Part shown: positions 13,801 through 39,766 of the stretch, one piece after another | How positions within the stretch are numbered: position 1 is the stretch's first letter | Layout: each line of letters begins with the position of its first letter | Assembly: GCA_002633005.1 (NCBI GenBank) | Contig: NMRA01000168.1 | Location: 313,129 to 377,128 of the forward strand | Direction of reading: 5' to 3' | From: Phoronis australis | Taxonomy: Eukaryota > Animalia > Phoronida | DNA length: 64,000 nucleotides | The notes under the pieces: model-generated | Databases searched by the model: none | What the model was told of the DNA's origin: nothing | Seen by the model: the letters and a program-made list of their open reading frames with translations, nothing else | Position numbers and translations under genes: made by a program

Positions 13801-15282
13801 ACTTTACTTTCAAAAACTCATTTTATTGTTTGAGAGAGTGAACGGGTCAATACAAATTCAATTTTGCCAAACTAAATGGTCCAGTTCATTGACAATTTCG
13901 CACCATCACAAAATAACAGAATTCCAACATCCCTCCCACTGTTGCCATCAAAGTTTCGCCCCCCCATGCAGACGTCGGGGGCATGTGCACTAGGTACCCC
14001 TTTTCCTACAACCTGAAAACTGATGAGCAAGAAGAAAACTGCCCAGGTATGTTGTGGAGAATTTTGATCGTAAAAAATTCATCAACACAAAACATTTAAC
14101 AAGCGCTTTGAGAGTAATCAAAGTCATGTACATGTACGACATGTACACATGGCGGCATCGAGTATTACCATAACGCTACCTGTTATTACATTCGCCTAAA
14201 ACCATGATTCTCCTAAGAACTTATAGTTTAAATGAATATTCTTCATCATGAAATGCTTATACTTTCACAGCGGACTTCCAACGACACATAAAGGTGTGGA
14301 CATAGTGTGCTTCAAAAATACTGACGTCTACGCCCCATTCAAGGCCGTCATTGTCCGTGAGGAGAGGCCGTTCGACACTGACAAACACAAAACTAACAAC
14401 GGCTTGGTTTTAAGGGGGGCGTCTCCGGACACAAAACGTAAGGCACCAATATGAAGAAATTCGTTTGCTCTCCAGCTGACAATCCAGTCCACTAATAGTT
14501 CAAAAGTCGGTTTCGTGAAAAATGACTCAAGCCTCAAGTCAGAATTTTGGTCTTACCTCCAAACAATTTCCAATTTCTGAAAAAATAATTAAATCTCACT
14601 TGAGCAAAAGTGCAGTCTCTGAGACTGATATACGAGTAACTGTTTGTTGCCAGGAGCATCAGACCAAATTCCTGCCTTGAGAACTTTTCATGAAACAAGC
14701 CTCAGAGGCCGAGAGCTCTCAAAACGGACAGGTTTCGTTGGTGATAGAGGGGACATTCCGCCAACTACATGAATATTTTGGCATTTCTAGATTGGTTTCA
14801 GTGGGTTGTGTATGGGAGTTGCATGTCACGTCCTTAAGAAAAAACACATCGTCAAACCCACACATACTGCATTTTTCCTGATAGAAGCCAGCAATCCAAC
14901 ACCAGTTCAGCATACCAGCTGACAACGAATTTCTTAATTATGAAAACTTAGAATTACCCGTTGTTTGGTTTCACTTCCATCGTTTGCCAGGGTCTACGAC
15001 TTACGTCGCCTAGCTATGAATACTAATACTCGCTTTTTATTCCTTACAGACTGGGAACTTAAGATTTGGTACGTCATTGCTCTGCCTGAGATTGTTGGTA
15101 AAACCGTGAATGGGGGAGACTTGATCGGATACCACCCATCCATACATGATTATCCAGATTTCGGGCCCCAGATGACCGATCACATTCACGTGGAGCTGTA
15201 TAACAGAGGCAAAGTTGTGAACCCCATGAAGTACTTATGTATCCGGAATTACTTGAAGAAAGCATTCGAAGACGAGCTCTAA
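10866..15282 (+). CDS. LECT2-like secreted protein with a peptidase M23 fold. Exons approx 10866-10899, 11402-11458, 12102-12193, 14271-14437, 15050-15282
   Basis: Signal peptide MKFANILTFIAVSLSYG; CFHRMCGSNP..NPMRGFDKFGAGFYGAPR; HKGVD (HxxxD); VYAPF; NNG; DHIHVELY...VVNP (HxH). This is the motif order of LECT2/Mim-1. Confidence 0.85.
11702..12013. mobile_element. MITE-like element, ~310 bp with ~52-bp terminal inverted repeats
   Basis: cccggggatcactaatattgacaaggtacccgcaggcgtgaaccaaaaattg versus caatttttggtacacgcttgcgggtaccttatcaatatgagtgatcccccggg; no TSD resolved. Confidence 0.75.
12900..13425 (+). mobile_element. 5'-truncated non-LTR retrotransposon (LINE) 3' end
   Basis: LEAGRY...ERLCLCC....EDELHFVFYCSLYNSRR is the C-terminal Cys/His motif of RTEX/CR1-L2-type ORF2; ends in AATAAA plus a (TAATAC)n tail. 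Confidence 0.75.
14507..14702. mobile_element. MITE with TTTC(G/A)TGAAA-type TIRs; second copy inverted at ~60016-60288
   Basis: Ends ggtttcgtgaaaaatgactcaag ... cttgagaacttttcatgaaac. Internal tcttacctccaaacaa and ctcacttgagcaaaa match the reverse complement of 60185-60260. Confidence 0.65.
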
Positions 15283-17276
15283 CTGTGGGATTCTGCACGA
15301 GGATAAACAACTATTATCAAAACGAAGTGGGATAGATCATTTTGCAATAAGTACATGTAAATTACAGCAGAAATGCAAGATCTTGTGTAGTACAATCATG
15401 TCTGTACCATGGGTCTGGTCATTGTTATCAAAATCAAAATTATTTTGACATTTTTAGTTCAATTTTTGTTCCAATGAACTCTAGTGTCTATTCTCCCTTT
15501 CTCAAGTAGAGTATAGTTTATGCAGATGTCTGTTTAGTCCATGTATGCACTTGATGACACCTCAATTCATCATGTCCAAAAACTCAAATAATAGACACTG
15601 AGTTTGCACCGAAATCAAAAATAGTCTAAAAAAATCCAGAGTTTGATTTCCAGTACAAATATTAGACCCTGGGCCCAGGTACTAACATAGCTGAATACAG
15701 GAAAGGCCATTTCAGTGTTTGAACAGAAAGGCTTGAAGCTTTGTTTTCAGTAGTCTAGCAACTGGAATCTTGTGTAGTATGAGCGACAACATTAAAATAA
15801 CTAATTAAATTTGATTGGCATTAATTCAGTTCCCATCTGATGTTGAAGTATGCCCACCACTCCACTGCAAATGGAATGTTTCTAGAGGTGTTTATTAATA
15901 TCATAAAAATGTCCACTAGATGGCGCAGAATACGTTGAACCCATCAAAAAATGGATAAGTGTTTTTACCCAAACACAAAATATTTGTTAAATTTCATAAC
16001 AATATGTGAAGGAACTCGAAACTACAGAGACAAACCTCAAAAAATAAATTTCCCATAAGGGACACAGCAGTAGTCGAATTGATCCGAAACTAGTAATCAT
16101 TCGTTGTTGGCTGAATCCCAGAAAGATTGTTCAACAGGTTTAGGAGATACAGCAGTGAATACCAGACATGCAGACAGAGATGATGGCAATATGCACCCAC
16201 ACATGTATGTGAGCCCAGAAAAACTGCTTGATGGCTGGATTAGAAACTCAACACAATAGTAATTTCAATCAAATTTAATGATCACATAAATAAACTAACA
16301 ATGCAAAAGCACTTATCACTTACATCCAAGGTTTCAACACCATATGATAATGCTGATGTTCAACTCAACACATACCACCGAACTTTCCAAATGGCCATGT
16401 CCAGTTAAATGCCTATACCTTTAATGTGAGAGTAGAGACTTTTAGTTCCTCAAAGCACCCTATCATGATGACTGATCACCTTAACTCCCAAAATTCACAC
16501 AATTCGCTTGCTTTTAACTTACAAGCAGCAATGCTTTTTAAGTTCTGAATGATCTTTTATTTAAATTTTCACAACTCAGGCGGCTTACACATACGCAAAT
16601 CCCTGGCCATTAACCCAAATTTCTCAGTTCAGGCATATGGTCACAGCAACTTCTCAAATAGTTTGCCATGAAACACACACACGCGTTCAGCTTAACAGCT
16701 ACTTACTCCCATGTTTTTTGAGATTTCCAGTCCAAACACACCGAGTGTTAACCAGAAAAAATATAGCAATTGTTTTCTAACAGTTGATAATTCAGAACAA
16801 CTGCCTATCGCATCACAAAATACCTTGGTTCACAATTACTCAACAACGATAACAACGTATCCATTCCTTACATATCCCAACTTATCGCAGATAGTGCACT
16901 TCATCAGCTAGTACAGTGTACCAATCAGACTCTTCGAATTATGCACATTCCACAATTAAAGGAATATGTGGTGCACACTTTAGCAAGCACAGGACCATTA
17001 GACCTGGGAGCATGCTGCTTTTACGTACAAAAATGAGCAGCATATTAAGCAACAAACCGACCATCATGCCCTATGGTAAAATGGCCATTGAACCTTCCGC
17101 CAGACACCATCCATACCTGGCTCAACACATGACCATGGCCCTATTCAACAAGGCTTCATGTGAGCTCTACACGAGACCTATCACAATCCATGCATGAACT
17201 GAATACGCCTCCAAATGTTCGCATCACTGCTTACCGCAGTCCCCCTACTCATCACCTCTTCCAACACCTCCTTCTC

Positions 17277-30735
<13,459 letters not shown>

Positions 30736-31067
30736 CGTAAAAGTTCTCGTACAATTAGCACTATCTGTTCATGCGAGAGGTTGTAAACAGTCAGTCGATT
30801 TTCGGTAAGATACAGACTGAATCTCTTGTTTTGGTTTTCGATCGAAAATGGCGGGAGACGTGTGAGTTCTCTATTTTTCGTGATATTCTATATCAGCAAA
30901 AATTCTATAAGATATAACAGATTGTTACTTAATCGGCTATATGAAACGTTAATGTCGTATTTTTAGATTTCTTTGTCAATTGAATTATTATTATGCTCAG
31001 CACGTTGACGGAAACTACCGGTAATTTACGGAAAATGACGTCAGAGCAAAAATAACCTGGGAGTGAG
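30736..31067. promoter_or_regulatory. Putative bidirectional promoter between TUBG and RETREG
   Basis: Divergent ATGs 333 bp apart; YY1-like AAAATGGCGG at 30845-30854; CRE palindrome TGACGTCA at 31036-31043. Confidence 0.65.
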
Positions 31068-34000
31068 ATGTCAGATTGTGGACCACTTGGGCTGCTGCGT
31101 CCAATTTTGGACGAATCTGAAGTGCAAGATGCTCAGAGAAAAATCAGAGAAAAGGAAGAACGGCTCAAGGACCTCCTTGGTCCAATTGAGCCGTCGTTGC
31201 TGGCGATACAGAGTGTTTTAGTGTGGGAAAAGCCCAAGCGAAGTGTTGTTGTGTTGCTCCTCGCCAATGCAATGTTTTGGTAATTTTGCATTCGCAATAC
31301 CTGAAATTTATTGTAGATTTTTTTGTGACTTGATGCCTGGTTGCTGATTTGGTTGTGATAGGCTACTGTTTTATTTAGCGTTGTAATTTTATTTATTAAA
31401 CAATCTGGGGAGGTTCTCTCGTATGATGGTTTTTACTCAGTTAGTTACTTGGCCTCTTGTCTTGGGCTGACCTGGTCAGGTGGTTCCTTGATTACATACA
31501 TTTACAGAGACTATACCTAAAAATCAGATGGATCTTAAAATCAGATGTTGTTATTGTTTACAGTCTGACTGCAAAAAATCATAGTGTGCAAATATAAAGC
31601 TTTGCACCAATGTGGGCAAAATGGCCAAATAATGATGTATAATAAACTCTTCCTTCAGTTAACTTAGTTATCTGTGCTACAAAGGTTGCCATTCTACCGT
31701 TGTTTTGCTGCTAAAGTTGTGGAACGATCTTCTTCCACAAGGTTGTGTACCTGTCACAACAAATTATTGGAATTGGTTTCACTTCGTTATAAGTTTTTAA
31801 TACTTTAATACCAGCAAATCGAATTTCTGAGCGAACTTTGCAATGACTCCTCGAGTGTGTCACGGGTGTAGTGTGCTCAAGTCAATGATACAAAAGCCAG
31901 ATAATTATAAAAGAAAATGACGTTCATTATATAGCGTAACTGGCAAGGTGAATGTTGGTTGACTCCCACATTTTGCATGTACCCCTGCCATTTGTTAGCT
32001 CTAAGTTTCATGAGGAGGTGACGAACAGAACTACCTGGGCGGTGTGAAATTTTGAGGTCTGTGTGAAGTTAACACAAAGCTGTTGCTGACTATATTTGAA
32101 CGTTAGTCTTTATACAACATATCTGGCTAGCTGACTAAATGAAGGGTAGCCCTAGCCCTAAAATTGAAGGATCACTGGCCCTTACCCTCAGATTGAAGGC
32201 TGGATTATGTTCTTGTGATATGCAATATTTAAGTCTGGATGTAAAATATGCAGCAAGAAATGATGTTTTTTGAAATTTTTGAGAAGAGACAATTGGTAAG
32301 TGTGACACATTTTGGGAATCATATAACGGGGATACAGAAAATACTAATATCAAGTAGGTACTATTTTGGAGTCAGATTGCTAATAATAACCTCAAATGAA
32401 AGTCTAGCCCCGGTCGGTACAGAGTCCTTTTCAGACTTCACTATAGGTCACGTGATGTGACCAACATGTGGCGTGTAAGAAAACTGATATTTCTTACTTA
32501 ATCAAGGAGGATGTTTTAACCCACATCTGGATCCAGTCCTGCTCCGTTCATGTTGTAGTTGTTCCTAATTGCCGCATATATATCTTTATTGGCACTGGAG
32601 CCGCGAGGTACGTCAATAGTGCAAAGGTCACCTATTTGTGGAATTTTTATTTTCACATTTACAAGTTGTCAGTGAATCCAACTGCTCTTTGTTTAGCATA
32701 TATTGTGTTAAAATAGCATTGTCGTTTAGTTCCTGCTATACATTAGCATAGTTAGGAACATGCAAATACATCTTTAAAGTAATATTGTGGTTTAGTTCCT
32801 GCTACACATTAGCAACTACATGTTTAATTGTTTAATCTGTGGTTGATTCAAAGTAGCTTTTGCTGTTATGTTTTCAGGTTGGCTGCAACAACAAGTTATC
32901 GGACGTTCTTCCTGGTCTGTTTTATTGCAACGGTATTTGTGTTTTCGGAAGCCTGGAGAACTCGAATTTGGCCAGAAATTCGAGGTAATATCACAGGGAG
33001 AGATTTTAATTTGTTGACATCTTTTTTACTTGAGACAGATGTTTGTAAGTACAAATTAAAACAGATACGTCAAATACCTGTTACTAGTAGAATATCAAAT
33101 TCAAAAAGAAAAACAGTTTGTTACTGTGGGTCATATTTATCATTTTATTTCAGTCAAAAAGCCACAAGCCATGGAAACAGAAGGGTGTGTACACTTAGTG
33201 TGTATTATTAAAAAATATTAAAAAGTTTTTTTGATCATTTCCTAGTTTCATTGTAGACCTAAACTGCATTTTGTTCACAACAAAACATGATGTATAATCA
33301 AGTGAATTCTTCTGGTAGTTTCTTAGTTAATTTTATTGGTGACTGGAAGGAATTCAGTTTGCTGTAGAAGAAAGTTTTCCAACCATGTTTTGTCAATTCC
33401 AGTTTCAGCGTGATTTGTATTTCATTGTAGTTGGGTCCCTGTTCACCCACACCTTATGTGTGCCCCAGAGATTGGGAAATACCTGGCCGAAATATGGGTT
33501 GCTATGTCTTACTACTGCTCTGCCCTCTGGCATCTTCGACAGGAACAACCTGGACTGGTAATGAGGCCTCTGCTGTCTATCATGATTGGGCCTTGTGTGG
33601 TGTTTTCATAAGTTTGAAGTATTGTGTACTTACAGAAGACTGAAGTAAAAAGCTTTAATATGTGCTTGGTTGATTTCAGCACAGAATTTGAATTTGCAGA
33701 ACTAAATTGGTAATAGTTGCTTATTCTGTTTCCAAAAAATTTTAACAACATGTGACAACTAGATTTTTTTGTCCTGCATGCATAAAAATGTTTTCACTGT
33801 TTTCATTGTAACGTACTGAACACACACACTATGTCAATAGTCTGTGGATCATATTCTTGCTTTTAACTGACAATTGCCTAATAATTTAAAATTCTTTCAT
33901 ATACTTCTGAGCTATTATGTATTTATTTGACTGTCTTGTGCATTTATTGCAAAAAAATTAGGAAACATTTGACACAATTCAACACTGTTCTTGTGCTATA

Positions 34001-37000
34001 TATGAATGCTCTGACATACTGTGGTGCCACCTGACAGGAATATGTTGTTAAAAGTTTAGCTGTTATGCTGACACTGCGTCACAACTTTCATAAATCTGGT
34101 CACATCTCCCTAACCACAGTTTAATCTTTCACCACCAAGTTGAATTGTGTGCAAAAATCGAACATCTGACTATCAAGTCTTTGTTGATCAAGTCTTTGTT
34201 GATCAAGCCTACCCTACAATAAGAGTTACTTGACTAAGTTTGAATTTATTATGCTTTAACTAGACATGAAATTTCTGTCTGTTTTACTTTATTTCTATGA
34301 ACAAAGTTTTCTCCGACAGTACATTTGCATCATCGATGTATTTTGTAATTTCAGTTCTGTATCCTAGTGTCCCTGAGTTGCCTAGGTACAGCTGTTCTAG
34401 GACATTACATCTCGGGCTTCACACTGCTGTACATCACTGGTGAGTGATAATGTGTGTGTTTATGACTGTCATGTCAATCGTATCATTACAACATTGTATT
34501 GGTATTGTCTCCGCATTTCAAAATTGTTTCTGGTACTCAGTCATTCCAATTTTTGTAATTGTGTGTGTACATTTGTAGTGGATGGCATATGGTTTGTTCT
34601 GTTATGTTGTTGAAAAGTAAATACATGAGGTCACGTGATGTGGCCAATAGGTGGTGTGCAGATCAGATTTAAAAATGTTTGTGGTTGTTGAAAAGTATTG
34701 TATTTCACTTGGGAATTGGGACTTGTAGGATATCATTGGGCATCCGCACGCAAAACACACAATTCTTGAGTTTTAGTAAAAATTCTTCAATTTGAGATTT
34801 GGAAAATGATTCATTTTGCTCAAGATCGAAGCTTGTACCAAATTTTAAAAAGAGGCACTATTGGAACTATTAAATTCAAGAACCTTGATGTTTCATACTA
34901 TAGGAATGCATGACAACGCTTAGTCAGTAACTATTTTCGATGATTTTACGAATTGCCAAGTCTGTTTTCAGACTCCATAAAAATGCAGTGTCCAGTACTT
35001 GAGTAATGTGATAAATGCCAAAATTACCCGTCCCAATGATCTGAATAAAAAAAGTCAATTTTAGATTGAATTTCGGAGTTCCAAATTCTGACCCAAAATT
35101 GAAGAATTTTTAGCGTAGATGTTGACTAATAAGTTATGAAAGCTACTGCGTTGTGCTGTTGGGAGTTTTGACATTGGCATTGCAGCTCACAGCTTCAGAA
35201 AAATCTTTAAATTTTGTGGATATTGCCTAGGTCACATTATCCCCCAGAAGTCGTTCTGTTTTTACAATAAGTGTCAATGACTCTTGAAGATTGTACTGTG
35301 TTTTTATTCTGTGTCCCATTCATACTTTCAGTCATGTGCGTCTTATTGTGGCCTTGTGTCTTCTACCATAACCTGCTTCAAGAGGCTTACATAAGGTTTG
35401 AACCACTAATGATGAGGCTCGAATATAAAATGAAGATCAAACGCAAGCGGTCACGTAGATGTAAGTTTAATGGTACTGGGTTTCATTGGGCTACTGGTTC
35501 CCTACAATTATGTGTAAAAGATGCGGTTTAAGAACTGTTGGCATCATTTCTGTTCTGAATTTTCATTAAGTAGTCTCCTTTTATCTGTGCCTACTTATAA
35601 CTTTGTTTCAGGGCACTTTTTGAGGGCCGAACAATGTCTGACAGTTTTGACATAAAAGTAGTCCAGATTAATTCAGCGTGTGATACAAAGTCATATCTTC
35701 ATCCACTTGTGAACATATTTGTTCGATCAGCAAGCACTGTATGTTTGGTGCACTTTACTTGAATGAAAATGTAATTCTATTTCTGTGTATTAATTGTGAT
35801 GTCATTATTGACAAACAGGTTTTAATGATGCTTGCATTTCAAATTGTTAAGTATGGTCCATCATGGACCAGCACGCTCACTGCAGAGACTACAAGTTGTT
35901 GCGTCTTGTACTAAGTACATTGATGTAGTCGTATCTTCCCTAACATTTCTTTCAGTGCATTTTTTCTGTTATCAAGACAAATTATCTGCCTGAATTCATC
36001 TAGATATTAATCAGTTGGGCGTATAACTGTTGGAATAGCAGATGTTGTTTTAGTCAGCCTCTGTATCTTGTGTGCTCATTCTAAATAAGTGAAACTATAT
36101 GACGACCCTTCTTATGCAGATTTCATTTGTTGACAACAAATGATAGTATTATTCTTCTAACTCTTTGTGATACTCTGGATATTGTCTTTACAAAATTTTC
36201 TTGCCTAGTCACCAATTTGCTGGACGAGCCCCTCCCCCAAGAGCTTCATCAAGTCACCTTTGGTTGGTGCTTGAGATTCACTGATTTTACAAATAGCGTA
36301 CACTCTACCGTAGAGTGTACGCTATTTGTAAAATCAGTGAATCGTAGACTACGCTCCAAATTTGTCTAGTTTTGTAAAGATGTGGGCTTCAGAGTGTCAC
36401 AGTCATGAAGGTATTTTGAACAACTTAATTTATTCATCACACAACAAAGGTACACGGGGTCTATGACTGTACCTGTAGTGCGCCAGTACTCTAGCATTCC
36501 CAGTAACACCAAATCTGTGTATTACCCTTCCTCAGACTGTTAGCTTGTTTGTCATTGAGTTAGAATTGCTGTTGAATGGAATATAATCTATTTACCCGTA
36601 ATTTGTTTCGTGTTGCAAATCACAGCTCGAAAAGCGAAGAAACGGCCCACAGATTTATCACAGGACAGTGCAGAAACTGAGAGTGAGAGCGATCTTGAAA
36701 AGTTTGCTCCTGACCCTAATCCAGAAGCGACAGCTGCCTTAGCGCGGGCCATCACTGACTCGGAGGATGAAACTTCATCTGTGGCCCTCACTCCCACTAG
36801 AAGGCTGTCAAGAGAACCATCTGTTGGCTACAGTGATGACGACAGTATGTTTAGGTTTCACCTTAAAGTATTATGTTTTGGACATGCTCTCTTAAAGGCT
36901 GTTATAAAAATTGACATGTGCAAAGAAATTTTGATTTTAAGAGAAATTATTTACAGTTATAAAATGTAGAATATTTAATTTGATATGTTTTGAAGGGCTG

Positions 37001-39766
37001 GGTTTCATTAAAAATGAGTTTAATCGTGAATATTATTTGCTTTGTGCACTGAAATTTTTTTACCAAAAAAATTGTAGTCATGTCTGTGATTTCAAAACAA
37101 CTGAGAGAATGTGGTGGAAATGCCTTTATTATCAGGAAATCACCTTTTGCTTACGGGTGAGATATTCTGAACATTCTCGTTTCTGCACATAGCACTGGAT
37201 CATGTAATGCCAACCATTGTATTTAGCCGGATTCCATTAGTGTTGGCTTGCTCTTCCAGGCGTATTATCTTGGTTGGTATTGCTATAAGAAATCAAGCGA
37301 CTTGTGTGACATTTAACTGTGATACGTTGGATGTTTCCTCAAGACAAATTGTTTTAACACATATCTCCCTTTTTGGTCTCATTTACTGATTGGCCACCTT
37401 CTGTTTAACCGTTATGGTTGTTGAATCAGGGTTTGGCACTCGCCCGGGCTATTGAAATGCCTGTTCTGTACACCTATTTGTCTGTCATCAGAGTTCTGTT
37501 AACAGAATTACACTTTACCAACGGTCTCAGAGGTGACACATCAATATTTTGGTGTGAAACCCTTTGTTTTTTTTCAAAAGTAATAGTTGGGTGTTCCCAC
37601 TTAAACTAGATATTTCTTGGAGAGAATGGAGTTGATGGATTGCTGGAATGGTTATTCACCCTTCCCAACTTGATTTAATCCATTAATTTTGAAGTTTGTG
37701 ATTTTGGCGTTTAGCGCGGTGTCATATTTTAAGAAATGTGAGGAGCATGTAAGCTGAGTAATATAACGTGCCCACATTTTGAGACCCAGTTTCCTCCACT
37801 GAATAATGGGCATCAAACTGGTTCTGAACAGAGCTTGTTATATCCGACTATTGCCTGTAAGGTGGGCTGAAGCATTTAGTGCAATCATTAACCAATTTGT
37901 TGTAAAATTGAGGAATGCTTCCCTTCATCTCATTCTGATTCAAAAATTAGTCACAAATAAACTTCAAATATGTATTGTTGAAAGTTTCAGATCAGGAACT
38001 CAATGAGAATTCTATGCTACGTGGCATACATGAAATGCCATCATTCGAAACCTTGGACGATAGTGAATCCATACGTTCATTCCTTCCATCACAAGTTCCT
38101 TCAGCAGAGGCTATAGATACATGTACTGCGGAGTCCAGTAAGTCGTGCATTAAAGCTCTTGTCATTACCAGAATCACTTTAATGTATGGTTCTATCCTGT
38201 GATTGTTGTGAAATCTGTATATGGTAAGATTTTACCTATTTAGGACACAGTATATGGAACAAGGAACGTTTTGTTTTCATTTTTTACAAAAGTTAAGTAG
38301 CATCAAATGTCATACTGCACAGTTCAAGACAAAGCAATCGGACAAAATACCACTTCCCCATCATGACATTCTGTTAAAAAAAAATTGTCATAGCTATGGT
38401 GGCGTCAAAATTCTAATTACAAAATGACAGCCACCTTACAATTACATAATGACAAAGTCACCTTACAATTACAATATGACAAAGCCACCTTACAATTACA
38501 AAATGACAGCCACCTTACAATTACAAAATGACAAAGCCACCTTACAATTACAAAATGACATAGCCACCTTACAATTACAAAATGACAGCCACCTTACAAT
38601 TACAAAATGACAGCCACCTTACAATTACAAAATGACATAGCCACCTTACAATTACAAAATGACAAAGCCACCTTACAATTACAAAATGACATAGCCACCT
38701 TACAATTACAAAATGACATAGTCACCCTACAATTACAAAATGACAAAGCCACCTTACAATTACAAAATGACAGCCACCTTACAATTACAAAATGACATAG
38801 CCACCTTACAATTACAAAATGACATAGCCACATTACAATTTTTCGTGGCAATTCCCCTTCAATCTATGTCATGAAGGCAGACGATCTACTGGTTCTGGCT
38901 TCCACTCCTCAGTCATAACGAGGAATTTGGTTCATTTTGTCCAAGTGCTTTTAATGTAGCTCCCACCTGCCAACTTATGAAGAGATTGTGGGGATTTACA
39001 AGAATGTTGATAGCTTTTCAAAAATAAAAATTATCAACTTTGGCAATTATCTTTGTACGAAATTGGTGATATTTCACTGCATTGTATGTCTGTTAGGGTC
39101 TTCACTGTACATTAGTTTCTAAGTTGGGAACTACCACCAACCTAACTTTCAATAGAATCAGGTGATTAACAAACTTCACTGTGATTTGATTATGAGATAT
39201 ATCTATTCAAAGTTGTTTTTTGTCTTGTAGATGACAGTTTATCAACTCTTGCCCCAGGCTCCATGATGAGTATTTCAAGTTACGAATCGAGAACATCAAC
39301 CACACAACCAGCTCATGCACAAATCTCTGAAGAAGCCACTATACAACATAGTGATCAAATAAAATTCGTCTCGAGTCACTTCCAGAATTCCTCAGAATCT
39401 GAGCCAGAGGGAACTGTCGACCATTTATCTCAGGGACTCAGTGCACAATCTTTTCCAGATCCATTGAATGTGGATGATGACTCAGGGACAACTGATAGCA
39501 ACCAAAACATTGCCTCTGCTATCCAAAGTCAGGTTATGACATCCTATGCAACTGGGCTTTTTAACTCTGTGGTTTCGTCGACTTTGGCAGGACTTGGAAA
39601 ATTAGGTCAGAGTGTTTCGACTGTTGCCAAAGAGAGGTTGAATAGGCAGACGACTGCAAGTGCATCCGATAAGTCTAGTCTGTCGCGCAAAAATTCGCAG
39701 GAGTCTGACTTGGCAGATTTTGAATTTTTGAACGAGGAGGATTTCAGTTTGGATGAAAAAGAGTAA
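31068..39766 (+). CDS. RETREG3: FAM134/RETREG reticulophagy regulator. Exons approx 31068-31279, 32878-32984, 33154-33184, 33431-33556, 34354-34439, 35331-35460, ~36625-36844, 37991-38137, 39230-39766
   Basis: LGPIEPSLLAIQSVLVWEKPKRS reticulon-homology start; RIWPEI; WVPVHP; VLGHYISG; LLWPCV; SESESDLEKFAP; C-terminal LIR-like DFEFL in an acidic tail. The paralogue number is nominal for an invertebrate. Confidence 0.88.
36275..36343. repeat. Perfect 69-bp palindrome (34-bp arms, 1-nt loop) in a RETREG intron
   Basis: gattcactgattttacaaatagcgtacactctac-c-gtagagtgtacgctatttgtaaaatcagtgaatc. Confidence 0.95.
38414..38840. repeat. 24/27-bp minisatellite (acaattacaaaatgac[ata/aaa]gccacctt), ~16 units, inside a MITE copy
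   Basis: Seen directly; flanks match the MITE family at 20197 and 22030. Confidence 0.93.

Noticed and set aside
14248-15282. Bacterial M23 peptidase contamination or recent horizontal transfer
   Set aside because: Spliceosomal introns and LECT2-type motifs indicate a native animal gene.
15411-15669. Degenerate inverted repeat after the LECT2-like stop
   Set aside because: Arms are too diverged to define ends; probably an old MITE.
38600-38851. Repetitive Cys-rich or LQLQND ORFs
   Set aside because: Translations of the intronic minisatellite.
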